Origin: Marsupella aquatica
Taxonomy: Eukaryota; Plantae; Marchantiophyta
DNA: 64,000 bases
Assembly (NCBI GenBank): GCA_973895155.1
Contig: OZ316895.1
Location: 14,700,816 to 14,764,815, forward strand
Direction: 5' to 3'
Shown: piece after piece, positions 23,599-38,401 of the stretch
Position numbering within the stretch: position 1 is the stretch's first letter
Layout of the letters: each line of letters begins with the position of its first letter
Position numbers and translations under genes: made by a program
Notes under the pieces: model-generated
Seen by the model: the letters and a program-made list of their open reading frames with translations, nothing else
What the model was told of the DNA's origin: nothing
The model's database searches: none

Positions 23599-24867
23599 AA
23601 AACCCATATTACATTCAAGAGCATAATTGTCTGATTGGATAATGAACGACCTGTTGGTCACAAGTCCTCCGTTGCAACCTAAGCTGACCTGCAGGCATTA
23701 CTCCAGTGGTTTACTGTAGTGTTGTTGCCTCTTGGGGTCGCAGGGGTCTCTGTTTGCCAGGTGATGCTGTGTCCCCCCACCTTGGATTTCCTTCTGGCCC
23801 CTTGAGATTGTCTTCTTAGTGGGTCACTGATTTTTGCTGCTCGTCCGTTTGAATACATCTGGTGCACTGTTGCCTTTCCTTTTGATTAAAAAAAATATTG
23901 TTGTTGCTGTTTGAGAGTTTGGAAGAATTAAAACAAGATTAGGATACTACACTAGTGTTGTTGCATTTCGATATTAATGGTGTAGATGATATGAAATTTC
24001 ATCCAAGTACCAGAACCCTCACTTTGCAAAGGTTCATGGTTCAAATTTACATTTAATGAGTTTGAGTGCCTGACAATCATACCCCTTATAAAACTCATGC
24101 CCACAAAAAGTTAGTCGCTTGCTACAGCATTCGCCTTTATTGATTATTTAGTGTAAATTTATTTTTTGGTTTCTTTCCTTTGCTCTTCTTCCACCTTTAC
24201 TTGTTTGTTTGTTTCTTTCTTTCTTAGTGTTGGCTTTCTTTTGCCTTTGTGCTATTTAGTGTATAACTCTCACACTCATATCACATGTTCATCGAGAGCT
24301 TTTGGTGCTAAAGGGTTACAAATTTCAACGTTTTGGCCAATGCCATAATGAACCATCACAAAGTGGTTGGAGTGATTCCACTGTGCTAAAACTCATGAAG
24401 AAACATCCATCCTCTAAATTAAGAGCTCCAGTTTCTTCATTTTCTATTTTTTACAGTTTCTTCATGAGGTTGACCTTTGGGCCAATAATTAGCCACCTTT
24501 GCACGCAAAAAAATGCATCTGTACACTTTTAAGTTCTTTACCCTTTTGGTGTGTGCATGATTTTGTACCTGTTTTATACCAAGAGCATCCTCCATGGACA
24601 AAAGGGTTGGTTCTGGAGACTTGAGTGGACACAATCAAACCATAAAGTAACACATTATGAGTAAAATATTTTGCAATTTGTACGTAGTGGTATGGGACTA
24701 TCATTTCTGTTTGTTTATGTGTATACAGGTTTTGTGAGTCCATTGACGTACCTCGTCAAACCTGAGTGTCTATCCTGGACTTTCTTTCAGTTTAATCTCA
24801 TAAAAAACTTTTAATCTAAACAATATAGTATTCAATGCCACACTTTATTTCTCGTGGTCTGTCTGCA

Positions 24868-24991
24868 AAATGTAGCATCCCTAGCAGTCTAATCATGGTG
24901 ACATATTTCCTTAACCATGAGATGAGCCTAAATGTAGCATCCCTAGCAGTCTGATCATGATGACATATTTCCTTAACCATGAGATGGGCCT
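24868..24991. repeat. 62-bp tandem duplication
   Basis: aaatgtagcatccctagcagtct...catgagatg at 24868 and 24930. Confidence 0.9.
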
Positions 24992-27900
24992 GAAGGTGCC
25001 ATTGTGCACACTCCTGGAAATCCAATTGCCAGGCCGACTCTCCAACTCCCTACCCCTGATTTGCCTAACTGTGCTGGTTAAGCAATTAAAAACTCAGATA
25101 GGGGCATAATTGTTTTGTGAAGGTTGGGAATTTGGAATGAAAGAAAAAACATCGATGAGAAAATTGGGGGCTCTTTGCCCTCTTTCCAACAATTAATTTA
25201 ATTTAATGGTAACATTTTCCTCATGGATTAGATCTTCAGTTCTCCACGATGTAAATACAGTGTAAACTCGTCTCCAGCATGATTTCACAATATGCGCAAA
25301 TCGCGATTGGGAAAAGGAAAAAAGTGCCCAGAATCTTAATTAGGTGTAAGATTTGTGTGTCGTGTACACAGCCTGCGTGTTAATAATAGGGTGTCCCACA
25401 ACATCCAAAAAGCTGTCAATTATTGGAGTCCTTTTTAGTATTTCTTTTTATTGGATTCCTTTGTAGGCACTCGCCATCAACTCAGATAGACCACTCAGGA
25501 TCTCCAACATTTGCTTACTATATACATTAAATATAGCGGAGAGAGTTGTTCTATTTTAGACTACTATATATAGCAAATATATCAAAAAGCGAGCCCAGTG
25601 GTTCTTGGGTTTTTCACTACCTCCTCACATAGGCAGGTTAGATACTAATTACTAGATTTGGGAGAACCCAGGAATGAATGCTATATTCCTATATTCAGTC
25701 AATGTGCTATATATACAGTTACAATCCAGTAACCAAAAGCCACAAGTGCATAGCATTAGAGTAACCTATTTGGGTTGCCCTTTTTGTTCAACTAACATAC
25801 TTTACTGGGTTTGGTCAACATAGCATTACAGTAGGCTAACCCAGTAATAGTAGCTTAGAACGAGCCTGACTGCCTCAACTTTGTTCCGGCCCACAATTGC
25901 CTTCTCCACCTGTTGTCTCACCCCAAAACTTGTTGCCTCCCAGAGTCCATGAGTGTAAATATGGATTGCCAATTATTAGTTAAATGGTTACATTAAAAGA
26001 TAGATAACCTACTTTTGGTATACTTTCTGGTTACAAGAAGCTCAGAGAAAAAAAAAAATTCAAATTTTTTGACGCTGCCCTCTGAAAGGATGAAAGTTTG
26101 ATCGTGCTCAACAGGGTGTTATGTAAACTGGACGAAATGCATTTTGGGGGAAGGGGATCCTGGAATACGCTGGAGCCCTTTAAAAATAGCAAAACCTAGG
26201 TCTCACCTTTGTAATATCATCAAGAAAAAATTATTTAAACACATCAACAAGAAATGAGAGTGAATACGTACATGTAGTTCTATTTTAAATATTTCAAACC
26301 ATGTCCACCCAAATCAAGCATTCAAGGGCTTCTTACAATCAAATGTACAAAGAACATTTCCAAACATTATGTAGAAAATGCACAAAGCAAGTCTACATAC
26401 ATTGGTTTTGGAGTTTACTGACTGGTGTTGAATTTCATCAATGTTGAACTCTTTTGGTCTCATTTTTTCTTCTTAATTTGGAAGGGATGTGTTACTTTCC
26501 AACACCTAGCTAGGCCTTGGGTGGAGAAGTTGTGGGGCCATTGTTGGAAATGCTTGAATTGGATAATGATTTTGATTTCTATCTATGTTGCTCTCACGGT
26601 TGGACTTGAGGCCTCCCTTCTGAGAGCCTTATTACATTTAACCAAGTGAAAACTCTGGACTGTGACGTTGGGGGCCAACACGGTCATTCGACTAGTGAAG
26701 ACAGTGTGGTTATACCTCACAAGCACATGAGCGTAAACCTCACACTGTCACATCCTCCATTCCGGATTCAACATGTCTTCCCCAGGTTTTGTCTTGGGTT
26801 GATTAGGGTGTTAGAATATTTGTGTACAAATGAAACCACTCTGAAGCAGAAGTCCCGTAGTAAAAACTTGGCTAGAGGGGTTTGAGAAGCTCCTTTAGGT
26901 CAAAAAGTCCAGCTGTCAATGCTTGGCAACATGGATTTAGCATCAAACACTATATCATTTCTCTCAAACACAGCATCACATCCGTCAAAATTCAAATTTC
27001 AAATGCACTCTTCAATTTGACGCAGCATACAGGAAGATGGCAGTGAAAATACATGTTGAAATCTCATTCATGCAAGGACTTGGATGGAGACCCATCTCAG
27101 CCGGGGTCCAAGCTTATAGATTTAGAGTATTGCATAGAATAATTTAAAGGAACTACAGATTCACCCCGGTCAAGTAGTGACTCTATTCATATATTGCTCA
27201 ATGTTTGTAATGCATCTGGTACATTTGTATACACCTTTTGTGCCGATCCAAACCCCTTTGTGTCTACCTGAGCTTTCCTTTCTGAATTTAGCAAGTTCAT
27301 GCTTGGATGGACCTCAATTTGTAGCTACGGAACTTGGATGGACCAAGTAGCTTTTAAGACCCCCAAAACTGTGATTGCTTAAGAATCATTTCAAGCAAAA
27401 AGAAATACTGTTTGAGTTCAAACCAATACTTGATATATGGTCCATCCAGGTTGAATGGTCCATTTGAGGACTTTGTCAGCTTTTGGAGTCTGTCTGAGGC
27501 CTGTTTTTTTAATTTAATTTAATTTTTTTAAGGGAAATCTGTGAAACCCCACATAAAGGGATGAGTCGGTCACAATAGTTGGGAAGAGTCAGTCCACAAC
27601 ACTTAAACCCAAGACCTATCAGTCTCTAGTCAAGTGAGTTACCACAAAGTCATGCCTCTCTGGGTGTCAAGGCCTCTTTTTTGGTAGAGTTAATTATGAA
27701 AATTCCCCAAACTGATCAAAACTACCATTAGATCTTTTGTTCCCTCTCGGATTTTAAAATCCCATACCAGGTCTACTCTTCTTAGTGTTGATGTCCTTCC
27801 TGGCCCTTTCCTCTGGTGTGTCTATTTTCCAACCCAGGGTTGAGTTTGCCGCCGGCACCACTATTGTGGTCTAAATGCTTGTAATATTTACGGTAAGAAT

Positions 27901-28038
27901 ATCTGGGTGATTCTTCACTCTTTGGAGCAGTAAGGTGCTGCCAGGATAGCACTTTTGCTTATGATTAAGGACATCTGGATGATTCTTCACTCTTTGGAGC
28001 AGTAAGGTGCTGCCAGGATAACACTTTTGCTTATGATT
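27901..28038. repeat. 72-bp tandem duplication
   Basis: atctgg...ttggagcagtaaggtgctgccaggata...tatgatta at 27901 and 27973. Confidence 0.9.
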
Positions 28039-31000
28039 ACATCTCATAACGTTGTATTCAGTCTGGTACAGAGTTACGTTAAAATCTTACATCCACGTAT
28101 TCATCAATGTATAAGTCAGTGTTTATCTCACCCAGACTCCTGAACATAAAGTAAAGAATGTTTGCTCATCTCATAATGATGTATGTTATTTCTCATATAT
28201 GGTCTCCTCGTGTATGCAGGTCTACCTTATATGGTCGACAATATACTCAATAATGGGACAGCCAACTTCCTTAATTATATACTTTTAGTCTGAAATTTTT
28301 TTTTCAATCTATGGCCCATATTAGAATAACATTCTAATCTGGGTCACTTGTTTGTATGTTGTCTTTGTGAATGGAATTAAAAAAACAAATTCAAGGCAAA
28401 AAAAAACAACATTCCCCAACTCTTGATCAAGTGTGCCCCAGTTACATTGTAGTGCTCTGTAAAATCAATCCTGCTATTTCTCTTCTTGCTTTGTCCCTCG
28501 AAGACTGCTTTTGTTCAAAGTTTTCGTTTCTTACAAGGTAACATTTGAGGCCAAAAATAAATTCAATCCTGTACCTCCGGTTTCCAATGAATCTCCGTCA
28601 ACTTACTGTAAAGATCAAATCATTACTTTCCAACGCTCCATCGGGTTTGCTGGCGGCACCCAAGGTACTGCCATCCCCAAAACCTGGGCAAAACATGAAT
28701 AGTATTTAATTACAGGAAACAATCCAACACCAAACTATGATTCTCCAGTTTAGATTTTTATTTCAAAAATATTGTCTACACTGATAAGTCAATGTTTCCG
28801 TATCAAGATGCTTAGAACATTCGTAAACTTTACGTGCAAAACTCTTTTGTGGTATAATAAATAATGCACTTAAATAATGTCCTTGGTGAGTCTACACCAA
28901 TTTTTTAACATTTATTTATGTTTTCACGCGCGAACCGGGACGGCACTCCGGTAATCCACGACCTGGGGTTCCCAGCGATTGTCGTCAACCTACGGTCCAG
29001 ATGAAGTACTCATTTTCCAATCCTCGGTCGGGGTTGCCGGCGCCGGGCGGTACACCATGTCGTGCTCTGTGAGACCAAATCCTCTACTCTACCTCGGGTT
29101 CCCGGAGATTCCCTCTTCTCATTCCCTCCTCCCTATAGCTCTTCCCTTTTCGCCTTTCCGGCCGGGGAGTTCTGTGTGCCAGCCAGGCAGGCAAGCAGCA
29201 TGGCAGCTCACACTCGTCCTCACTTGCCCATCATCAGACTCTGTGTCCAGAGCAGTCCAGCCTTCCCGTCCTCTTCTCCTCCCGACTCCCGTCCCGTCCC
29301 GTATTCCCGCGATCCCGTCATCTCGGGCCTCGGTGAGTGAGAGCCCAGTCCTCATTCCTTTCGCCATTCGTTCGCTAGAGCTCTCTCTCTCTCACTCTCT
29401 CACTCTCACTCTGTCTGTCTCTCGCTGTCTCCGTGTCTCTGGCTCCTCCCCCTCGGGTCTGTGCTTCGTCTCCGGCGAGCGTTAGCTACATTCTACGTTT
29501 CATCGGTCCAGGGGATTGTCGAAGGATTGAAGGTGGTGCTGGTGGTGTTGATTATGCGGCATTTTTGAGGAGAGGAGAGGAGAGGAGGTGGTTTGTAGAG
29601 GTGACTTTGTATTATTACTACGAAGACGAGTGGGCGTGGAGGGAGCGAGGGAGTGATTGACTGTAAGAGGACGCGGAATCGAGCAGAGTGAGAAAAGACC
29701 GCGGTGGCTGGCCGGGTCGTTGTGCGCTTTCCCGTGAAGAGTTTGGTTGTGTGTGAGTAGGAGTGTCCGTTGATTGGTGGTGGTGCTGGGGAACAGGGCG
29801 AGGAGGACGTGGAGGGGGAGGGCATTCGCGTCGGTGGTGTGGTGGCGATTGATTTGTACTGCACTGGAGTTTTGGTTTTCGTGGAGCGCATTTTGGAGGA
29901 GAGTCTGGGACGGAATTGGTCTTGGAGTCTTGGATAATTGGACGGTGGGAGCCTGGCTAGAGTGAGTGAGTTTGTGCCAGTCGTCGGTGGCGCTGCTGCT
30001 GCTCTTGCGGTCAGTCCTGTGATCGAGGTTTGGTCATTTTCGGCGTTAGCATTTTTTGGGTGTCTACGGCGACGCGGACGTGGTAGAGCAGACGGCATCG
30101 ATCGATCGATCAGCGAGCGAGCGAGCCATCAGGAGTTGGTCCGGGGAATTGAAGGGAGATACTTGCAGATTGTGGAATTGCACGGAACGTAGAATAAGCT
30201 TGCGGTCATTATTCAGCCGATCGATTTTGCTACCGGAGGAGCAGCAGGTATTGCAGCATTAAGTCGTCGGAGGATCATCAGGGATCCAACGACCTGGAGG
30301 ACTTGCTGCGGCCTAGATTGAGTTCTTCTAGTCTTCAAGAGCAAAGTTAGGGTGACTTTTTGGCGTTATTTAGGTTTGGAAGTCCAATTCGGGGAAGCGC
30401 CCCTCATGTCCTCGAGATCTCGGAACCAGTTGTGATTCAACTATCTTCCAAGTGTGATTCAACCATTCCTAAGTTGTCGATGATCGTCTCTGGTTCCGAC
30501 GAGGGGATTCATCACAGTTCCAGGGGCTGAAACCGAAGTTGCCAGTTCTTTATTGGATCATCGCAAAAGGACATATTTCGGCTGTCAGTCCCACTTGAAA
30601 GCACTTGGTATGTTCCTGGACTTCCTCCCTCTCGAGTCTCATGCTTTCCTTTCTTCCGGTGCGGCTCCCTGGTCTGCTCTTTTCCGTCGGGTTGTTACCT
30701 GCTTCGCTCTTCTGTCGTTGATCAGCTCAATCAACTTTCTCTGTTCAGCTCAATTCTTACTACACCAGGAATTAGTCAATGCGTCAGAAGTCTACAGTTG
30801 TTCGTTTCGAGGCATCTCACCGGCCGGCTCAATGTGCGTCCTGCATAGTGCCGTCTCTTCTTAGTCGGCGTGTAGCTCACCGTGAGCCGCATCTACAATG
30901 CCGCTACTTAGCGACTCCATTTCATTGGGAGAAAACGGTACCGGTTGTCGCATTGCGGTACCTGTATCGTCCTTACATTATCGAAATGAGTGCTTCAGCA

Positions 31001-32046
31001 ATTCCTGCTTCCTTTCGCCGGACGGCGTCTGCTCTCAGCCGCATTGATTGAATTGATCAGCACCTCCTGGATTTCCAAAGTGGTTCTATGGTCACTTTGA
31101 CGGAATCTGCGCTCGCCGTCTGCAGATGACGTTTGTTTCGTGTCTGTCGTCAAATTTTCCATATGTATGGGTTATCGGCAGTGCTTTGGACCATTCCTTT
31201 GGATATCTCGAAGTGATTCGTGGCAAGAATTCACTCTTCAGCTTTCATTTGTGCCGCGAAACTAGGAATCCCTCTCGACGTGCATTATATAGGATATTTT
31301 ATACTATCTGCAGATCTGCACCGTATTTGTTCTCTTGTCCTATTTGTCCCAGTTTAGACACGGAAATATAGACCTAGGGATTTCATTGAGATCTGTGAAT
31401 TACCATGTGGAGGGGTTCTTTCGGTGGTCAGGGCCGGTAGGAAACCATCGTACAGGACCCATGCTTGGTCTGATGGTGAAGTGTAATCCGGAGTACTGGC
31501 CCAGAACCGCTTGTCCTTCTATGCATCGGCATTGGCAGGAGTGTTGAGCTCGTGCTTTCTAATGATGGCCACCTGGATGCGATCTAGAGTCCTACGATGG
31601 TTACATTTTTGCCATTGGGGCGGGCGTGTCCAAGGGGCACGGTTTACTACGGGTTTGCTGTGTTGTGTGGTTACTCAGGAGTAAAGACTGAAGGGGTTGG
31701 TGTGGCCAAGGACTAGTCCATTCTAAGCAAGGAGGCCATGACCATTTGGAAGTAGGGCTCGTCAAAGCACCGATTTGCTTCGAGCCGTTTGAATTGTTTT
31801 TGGAATTGTTTGCCTTATCTTCTGAACGGAAGAATTTTTCTGTCTGCTGCTCTAACTCGCCGTGATGTTGCGTTGTGCAGAATTGTTTTGTTGGAACTCG
31901 ACTTGACAGACATATAAGGGATTTCGACCTAACGGGTCGAGTCAGCAATAACGGGGTTTTCACAATTTGAAACTGTGGGGTCCGACCAGGCTGGCAATGG
32001 TCACGCTTTGACCGACAAGCTGACGTCGAGATCTACTCAGACCAAG

Positions 32047-33369
32047 ATGCCTCCAAGCGCCATGCCAGACCATTTCCCCTCCACTCCAGGGAAAGTGAAA
32101 GTGGAGCGGAGTAGTTACATTGTCAGGGTGTTCAGTCGATGGCAGAGCACTTTGTCCTCGAGGCTTTTTGGCATTTCAATAATCCTGTTCATGTTGACTT
32201 TGATGATGCTTCTACTGCGGTCGAATAGTCCCAACACTTGGGGTCTCGGTGACGGATTAGTTGGTCCTGTTCAAGCCAAATGGGGCGACATCGTGTGGCA
32301 AAGGAAAGTCCGGCAATCCTGTCATGCAAAGCGCGAGAATGGATTCGTGGTTTTGGTCACGGGAGCTGCTGGCTTTGTTGGCTCTCATGTGTCACTTGCT
32401 TTGAAGAAGAGAGGAGATGGAGTTGTTGGGCTGGACAACTTCAATAACTATTATGATCCGACTCTCAAGCGAGCTCGCGAAGGCCTTCTCGATAAGCATG
32501 GCGTCTTCGTTATTGAAGGGGATCTCAATGATGCTGACCTCTTGAAGAAGCTTTTTGACATCGTACCCTTTACGCATGTCATGCACTTGGCAGCTCAGGC
32601 TGGGGTACGCTACGCGTTGGAGAATCCAGGCTCATACGTCCATAGCAACATTGCTGGGCTCGTCACTTTGCTGGAGGCTTGCGTGAAAGCCAACCCTCAA
32701 CCGGCAATAGTGTGGGCCTCATCAAGCTCTGTCTACGGCTTGAATACCAAGGTGCCTTTCTCAGAGACCGATAGAACAGATCAACCAGCTAGTCTTTATG
32801 CAGCCACCAAGAAGGCTGGGGAAGAATTCGCACATACTTACAACCACATTCATGGGCTTTCGATTACGGGATTGCGATTTTTCACAGTTTATGGGCCTTG
32901 GGGGAGGCCCGACATGGCCTATTTTTCTTTCACCCGGGATATTCTCAATGGCAAGCCGATCACAATATATCAAGGAGCCAATAACAAGGATCTTGCCAGG
33001 GACTTCACATACATTGATGACATTGTCAAAGGCTGTGTGGCGGCCTTAGATACAGCTGAGAAGAGTACAGGTAGTGGTGGGAAGAAGAAGGGCCCAGCTC
33101 AGTTCCGAATTTTCAATTTGGGTAACACAGCTCCAGTGACTGTTCCCGACCTGGTGATGTATTTAGAAAGGCATCTTAAGGTCAAAGCCAGAAAGGATCT
33201 TGTGAAAATGCCTCGCAACGGTGATGTACCGTTTACTCACGCCAATGTTACTCTTGCTAGAACGCAACTCAACTACAATCCGACGACCAATCTGGAAGCA
33301 GGGCTGAAGAAGTTCGTGAATTGGTATAAAACGTACTACGGAGTGTCGGGTGGTAGTAGGAGAAGATGA
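32047..33369 (+). CDS. GAE: UDP-D-glucuronate 4-epimerase (Golgi type II membrane SDR), single coding exon
   Basis: N-terminal PSTPGKVK, a TM helix, GAAGFVG, HLAAQAGVRYA, YAATKK, LRFFTVYGPWGRPDMAYF, NGDVPFTHAN. First ATG at 32047. Confidence 0.96.
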   Translation: MPPSAMPDHFPSTPGKVKVERSSYIVRVFSRWQSTLSSRLFGISIILFMLTLMMLLLRSNSPNTWGLGDGLVGPVQAKWGDIVWQRKVRQSCHAKRENGFVVLVTGAAGFVGSHVSLALKKRGDGVVGLDNFNNYYDPTLKRAREGLLDKHGVFVIEGDLNDADLLKKLFDIVPFTHVMHLAAQAGVRYALENPGSYVHSNIAGLVTLLEACVKANPQPAIVWASSSSVYGLNTKVPFSETDRTDQPASLYAATKKAGEEFAHTYNHIHGLSITGLRFFTVYGPWGRPDMAYFSFTRDILNGKPITIYQGANNKDLARDFTYIDDIVKGCVAALDTAEKSTGSGGKKKGPAQFRIFNLGNTAPVTVPDLVMYLERHLKVKARKDLVKMPRNGDVPFTHANVTLARTQLNYNPTTNLEAGLKKFVNWYKTYYGVSGGSRRR

Positions 33370-36300
33370 CGAGGATCAATTTCGAGAGCAGCAAGTGACA
33401 CTAGTCAGCGTGATCTTCTTTCGAAGTTTTTCCCTTGCAGGAGATTCGAGACAATCTTGTCGATATGGCAGTCAACACATTTATGAGACATAGTTAGCAA
33501 CAAATTGCAATAAGAGCTTTCATTCTTTCAACCACTGAGGACTTGGGTTGTGAGGATTTGCATCCCTGCCGAGCAAAAGTTTTCCTTCTCGTAAACAAAC
33601 AGTCGTAAGCAAGTAGGAATGTTGTCGCCAGTGACCAGGTTCTCGTTTCGTTTTTGTCGATGGCCTGATGACGGTCCGGACGATTGGTAGTCGTTGATAC
33701 AGTTGAGCTGAGTCAATATGTCAAATAATCTCTTGTGTAAAAACTCTTTGGCTCGCTTCAAATCTCTTCCGTATGTACCATGTGGGCTCCTCAATTTTTG
33801 CAAGGAGTACTTACTACTGTGTCTGTGCCTAACATTTTCGCACAGTCTCAGTATCATGAATTGATCTCCTTCGTCTCTATATCTAATTTCCAGTGTCCTT
33901 GACATGTCGGCAGCGCACTGTTTATGATGAATATGGTTATCGCCTTGAGCTAAATTTCTCTGCCCTGTTGCCACGTGTACAAAACCACTTCGCTGGGATC
34001 GAACAGTATAATATGATGGTCTCTTCTATCAAGTTTGAGCAATAATTTCGTCTTGTGTCTAAATTTCTAATCTTTTGCACCAGCTCTTTTATTCGTATAT
34101 GTCGTTCATCGCGGTGTTTTGTAGCAAGCCAAATTCTTAGTTAGGAGCCATTTGTTGCTTAATCGTTAACTGTCTGCGAACGCATTTCCTCTTGTAACGA
34201 TCTGGATTGGATCGGTTCATCCTCGAGCTGGTATTGCTCCCGCTGTATCACTCCTGTTCAAGACGAGAGCTGATTTAATGACCTCAAAGCGACTGCAACA
34301 GATGCCGCGTTTAGACCCTCTTTGTTAGGCTCATGGCTCCGCACCAGGGCGAAGATGCCATTACAGTTGAAATTGAACTGAGTTGAGGATTTGTCTATTC
34401 AATCTTGTTTGTGGCTGACATTTTCATTACATGACTCCGTACTATCACTCCGTACTCACTCGACCATTGTCATCTTTCTGACCAAGATCCATCCATATGA
34501 AGGCTTCTCACATGGACTCGATACCGGATTACCTGGTCTTGATATAAGATCAATTTCTTCCCTCCAGCTGCAAAAAAATTACTACTTATACTTGACTTTC
34601 CCTTGGGCTCTGATTGTCGGTGTGAAAGTTGCCATTCCAATCCCTTGTCATCTGTACCACGTACCTGACAATTCCTTGCTCGCCCGTGTACTTCTCGATT
34701 TGCGGATATGTCGTGGCCCAGCTGCGTTACTTTCTCTGTAATAAAGTTGCCGGTGATCAGCTTGCTCTCATCACAGACAGGTGGGCGTTGGATTCCACGA
34801 GGATGCGCAAAGGGCCCTGACTGCCGAAAGCACTTTCGATGCTTTTAATACATAGATTCAAGTCATCTTTTACAAGGTAACCAAAACCATGAGCTCGCAA
34901 GCTGCTCCTCGATGCATGAATGTCGAGTCGAAGTGCTGTAGTATCTATCTATCCTCCATACACCTATTATTGATTGGGCTTCTCCCTCACATGCTAGACC
35001 ATCCGCCCGTGGGCCGCATGATGGTGAGCCGGATAGGTTGGTAAGTAGGATGGCAGGATCTCCGTGAACGCGTGTGGCCCGAGGCGGCAAGCAAGTACGA
35101 GGGAAATGATGAAAGCTTCAACCTCCGTGTTTGTCTCGATGGTCGGCCAGGCGATTGGTTCAGCATCACACCATCCGCATTGCAGGCAGAGGAGAATTTG
35201 ATACCTCGCTCAACCCTTTGGAAGGAGCGACAGGTACATTACCCAATACCGGGTTTCTTGATAAGACCCAAATTCCCACTTCATCATTCTCGTCAGCTTT
35301 TCTATCATGTTGTTGCAGGTTCTCTCACATGCGACGTACCGTGCTCGATTAAGTTGTTGGTTGACTTCTCTCGTGCTCGATTCGTGGACGAGAGGTAGGA
35401 AACGATAACGGTATCGTTATGTGGGGTGTGGAGAATTTAATAGAGAAGGTAAAGAATCAACGAATTGGGTTTCGGTGTGCTGGCCAGGGGATGACACCGG
35501 GACCTCCTTTCAGTCTAGTAGGTGACCCTCCATTTTACTTCCCACCAAACTTGTGAACCCTTTGCTTTGTAGTTTCATTCAAGGTTGTGGGCATCTTTGT
35601 TCTTTATTTTCACTAGCCTGATTCCCCATTCTTTGAACCTGACCAGAGATGAAGACAAAAAGGATTTCATGCTATTTTCCTTTCAACTTTGCCCATATCC
35701 CTGTTGTTTTGTCCACTCACACCTTCAGTTTCGTCCTTATTCAGAGTTAGGCTATGGAAAGTAGCTTTGCATCATGCTTTACTAATAAGATGTCCACCAA
35801 ACTTGTGAATTTTACTTGAAGCTAAAGCCACAATGGACCTACAAGGTGTCTCTGGCCATCCCATGGATTGTGATTGGGAGAGTAATCACTTTACACCTAA
35901 TCATGAGAGAATTTGGTTGCACATGGATGATGAAACATTCTAGTTGGCTGTTTACTTGCAATTTTTGTTAGGGTAAGGCGATTGTGAATCTAAAAGTCAA
36001 TTGTCCACCTGGACGGGCTGGACTGAAGGTTCACAATTTTTATGTATGTTTGAAATGTTAGGTAGTTGTGTAGTTGCAACTTTTGAAAGTGCTCCTTGCA
36101 ACTAGAGCAACACTCTTTTAAAAATAGTGTTTCATGTAGCTCCGCAACGACAAAATGACTCGAACTACTCCTTGTAATAAGGACAATGCGCTTTGAAAAA
36201 TAGGATTTCGTAACAATGCTACTGCAAATTAAAATCTCCCGTAGCTCTGCAAGGGCAAAATTACTTGAACTACTCCTTGTAAAAAGAGCAAAGTTCTCTA

Positions 36301-38401
36301 AAAGTTATTCTGCAACAACATTCTCTCAGGTAGTACAAGCACTTCACAAATATCATTGCCTTAGAATCAAGGCTATGTGTACAAATGCCCTTGAATGAAA
36401 ATCTGTGTATCCACTTTTCCTATCCGCCAAGCTTGTGAACCTTAATTTGTATTTTCATTGAAGGTTGTGGGCCATTTGTTTTTCCCTTTCCTGTGCCCCA
36501 AACGGCCGACCAAACTGGTCAAAATTACTTAGCTGCCCGTGAAACTAACTAAACTACCAGGCCTGCCCCCATTGGTACATGGGAGGCTTGACCAGACTAG
36601 CCTAACCCAAGATGACACATAATTGGTATGTGGACACATAAAGGCTTGTAACTTGTCCAAGCTAACCCCTTCCAACCATAAATGCGGGGGAAATGCGGGG
36701 AAACAAATGGGCTAGGTTTTGCTTACAGACAATAGCCTGCACCTGTGTCCTGGTGAATGGTGGAGGGGAGCCTGGTCTGCGTGAAGGTACAGTTGCAGGG
36801 GTTAACACAGGTGAACGGCAAGCCTCCATGTGTCCACAAACCAATTGCATGTCATATCAGGTTACTCTAGTCAAGGTAGGCCAATCCACATAAGAGATGG
36901 GCGCAACATGATAGTTAGATTATTTTTGGGCAGATTAATGATTTCAATCAGTTTGGGGGATAGGATAGTAAAAAAACACTATGGGCCATAATCTCCTCAC
37001 CAACTTGGCCAGGGGATTGGTTCACTTTAAGTCTATGTGATAATTTCATAACCCCCTGTTCTCATTTCTGTTGTGTAGCAAAGGTGGAGTTTTGGCCCCT
37101 GATTTGTTCACTTTGGGACCCTGGCTTACCTCCCTCTCCCTCCCGGCATTGTTGCATCCTCCAAAGATCATCATTTACTGATGGGTAGATAGTATTTTAG
37201 TTTCACGGCAAAAAGAAGATGATTAGATGAATACTAGCCTGATTACCAGTTCCTTTCACATAAATAGGGATGTAAAAAATGAACTTTGCAAAAAAAAAGG
37301 ATTCCATGTATTTCCAGTGCATCTTTGCTCCTATCCTTGTTTTGTTGTATGAACCCCCACTGGCAGCCATGCCCTCACTTAGAGTTATGATGTAGAGTTT
37401 TCACTCTAGACAGTAGGCCCATGGAGTAGCTTCCCACTTTCGACCATGCCCTCACTTAGAGTTACAATCGAGAGTATTCACTCTAGAAACTCTAGACAGT
37501 TGGCCCATGGAGTAACTTTGGATTGCGCTATATGAGTTAGATGGCCAAATAATTGCATGAGGGAGAGACTGAGGGAGAGACTAAGGTCTTGATAAGCCAA
37601 AACATGGGTAGCTAAGCATTGGCAAACAAATAACTATTGGATAAAGGAAAGACTAATAAGTTATATAGTTCGTATCACAGGCATAAGCTTTAGTATAGTA
37701 CTATAAAACAGGTCAGTTCAGCAAATAATGCTGCATTGCTGCCTACCCTTGTTTGTCACAACATGGGCAAAAGGGGGGTCAATGGAATCAACTCTTAGGT
37801 ACAGAGTACATCACTATATTCATTAAAACTGAAATTATAAAGGATATAGGGAAATTTGGCGATTTAAAAACATAGTTTTAGGCATGAATATTGTAAATTT
37901 GGAAGATGAAAAATGAAAATTCAAGCATCATTAAATGTAAATTTGGGGACAAAAAAATGAAATTTTGGGAAAGTAAAATATTAAATTGGATGATATTAAA
38001 AAACATTTGGGTGATAAAAGTGTTCATTTGGTTGGAAAATAGATAGAATCTAGTAATAACATATAAGCTTGGATAGCATCTATATTCAAAACATTTAGCT
38101 TGAGTAAGATATCTAACTAAGCACCAATACAATGGAATGACTATAGTGTCTAGACAAAGTTAACTAGGATGATATCCAACCTACTAGAAGGAATGAAATG
38201 GCATCATTTTCTAGAATTAAAATATACTAAGACAAATAAAATAATAATTATAAGAAAGTCCATTCAATAGCTTTGAGAGATCATAGAGTATTAATTTGAT
38301 TGTCTTGTTCTCTCACTTTAGACCAACGCATGGAAATCAACTCGACCCTCTTAATCACAAGTCATTTGAGTGGAGACTTGTAACCTACGAGTTCTATCAA
38401 T

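Noticed and set aside
28979-31963. Several 100-200-aa ORFs upstream of GAE
   Set aside because: Low-complexity CT/GA-rich sequence with non-ATG starts. Best explained as promoter, long 5' UTR and intron of GAE.
35540-37520. Degenerate direct repeats (35545/36427, 35610/37232) as LTRs or ends of the big transposon
   Set aside because: No TG...CA termini, TSD or coding remnants were found. They lie outside the TIR/TSD-defined boundary.
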